50,890 nucleotides of DNA, taken from positions 1-50,890 of the forward strand of contig CANGSR010000001.1 in NCBI GenBank assembly GCA_947456055.1. Direction: 5' to 3'. A model generated the notes under the pieces. The model had not been told where the DNA came from. It searched no databases and saw only the letters and a program-made list of their open reading frames with translations. The translations under genes and the position numbers were made by a program. Positions 50,191 to 50,890 of this stretch are shown one piece after another. Position 1 is the first letter of the stretch. Every line of letters starts with the position of its first letter. Source of the stretch: Chitinophagaceae bacterium. Lineage in GTDB: Bacteria > Bacteroidota > Bacteroidia > Chitinophagales > Chitinophagaceae.

Positions 50191-50890
50191 ATGAGTCAAT
50201 TCTCAAAGTGCTTATTTTTAGCATTTATTGTATTTGCAGGTAATAGTAGTGCACAGGTAAAAAAGCTACCAACTACACCAATAAAAAGACCTGTATTTAT
50301 CCCAAATCCACGTACTGAAAAAGAATGGATCAAGGCCCAGGTGGACTCACTTACATGCTTTAAAATGCATGGCAGGGGTTATGTTTACAATGGCAAGGAA
50401 GAAGCTGCAAAATACATTATCAAGCAATTTAAGGAATATAAACTTAAGGGACTGAATAAGGATGGCAGTTATACACAGGGATTCTCTTTTCCTGTAAATA
50501 CATTTCCCGGAAAACAGGTACTGACGATAAACGAAACTAAACTGAGGCCAGGCGAGGAATACCTAATTGACCCGGCCAGCCCATCGTGGATTGGCGAGAA
50601 TATTGAGATGGAAAGGGTAAACCTTTCCAAAATAAAGGATACCGCTGCATGGAAAGAAACCATAGCAGGCTTTGACCAAAACCATGTTTGGTACCTTGAT
50701 AATGCGCAGGCACTATGCACCAACCTGAAAATAAGAATGGATAAGCTGGTGCGCTACTTACCCAAAGGTTGCTTTATAATACCCGAAACCACAAAACTAA
50801 CCTGGAACCTAAGCAGGGAAACAATGCCTGCCACGGTATATTATGTAAAAGAAGACAACCTACCCAAAAAACCAAAAACTGTAAGCGGAG
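50191..50890 (+). CDS. Probable M28 family aminopeptidase, N-terminal part (runs off the window)
   Basis: Not in the ORF track. MSQFSKCLFLAFIVFAGNSSAQ signal peptide; 'VDSLT...MHGRGYV..G...AAKYI..QF...Y.Q.F.F.VNTFPG'. Catalytic residues lie outside the window. Confidence 0.72.
   Translation, partial: MSQFSKCLFLAFIVFAGNSSAQVKKLPTTPIKRPVFIPNPRTEKEWIKAQVDSLTCFKMHGRGYVYNGKEEAAKYIIKQFKEYKLKGLNKDGSYTQGFSFPVNTFPGKQVLTINETKLRPGEEYLIDPASPSWIGENIEMERVNLSKIKDTAAWKETIAGFDQNHVWYLDNAQALCTNLKIRMDKLVRYLPKGCFIIPETTKLTWNLSRETMPATVYYVKEDNLPKKPKTVSG

Noticed and set aside
1-50890. tRNA, rRNA, prophage structural genes, IS transposases
   Set aside because: None recognised by eye; a tRNAscan/Infernal run would be needed to exclude small RNAs formally.

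Overview
Chromosomal segment of a Bacteroidota bacterium, probably Chitinophagales (inferred from T9SS C-terminal sorting domains, TAnnTTTG -7 promoters, A-rich translation starts without Shine-Dalgarno motifs, and the rplM-rpsI-rpsB-tsf operon). Housekeeping genes (rplM, rpsI, rpsB, tsf, dcd, rocD, rimM, trmD, topA, prfB, tnaA, an M3 oligoendopeptidase) are interspersed with accessory secreted proteins and several REP-like palindrome families. Highlights: (1) a complete RmInt1-like group II intron (16268-18126, minus) sits at the apex of a perfect 15-bp palindrome, and its predicted EBS1/EBS2 match both arms, suggesting it homes into symmetric repeat hairpins; (2) a tandem array of five paralogous T9SS proteins, one apparently highly expressed and four divergent, with signs of recombination; (3) a Cys/Gly-rich beta-roll fibre-like protein and a mosaic NHL-T9SS gene in an AT-rich block next to a GT9-like glycosyltransferase; (4) an identically spaced TGAY-N4-RTCA site at the tnaA and 3-hydroxyacyl-CoA dehydrogenase promoters; (5) prfB without its +1 frameshift, S2 with a long Gly/Arg tail, several apparently leaderless genes, an orphan antitoxin with a toxin stub, and a candidate ~60-nt sRNA. 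All family assignments come from motif recognition by eye; no database searches were run.
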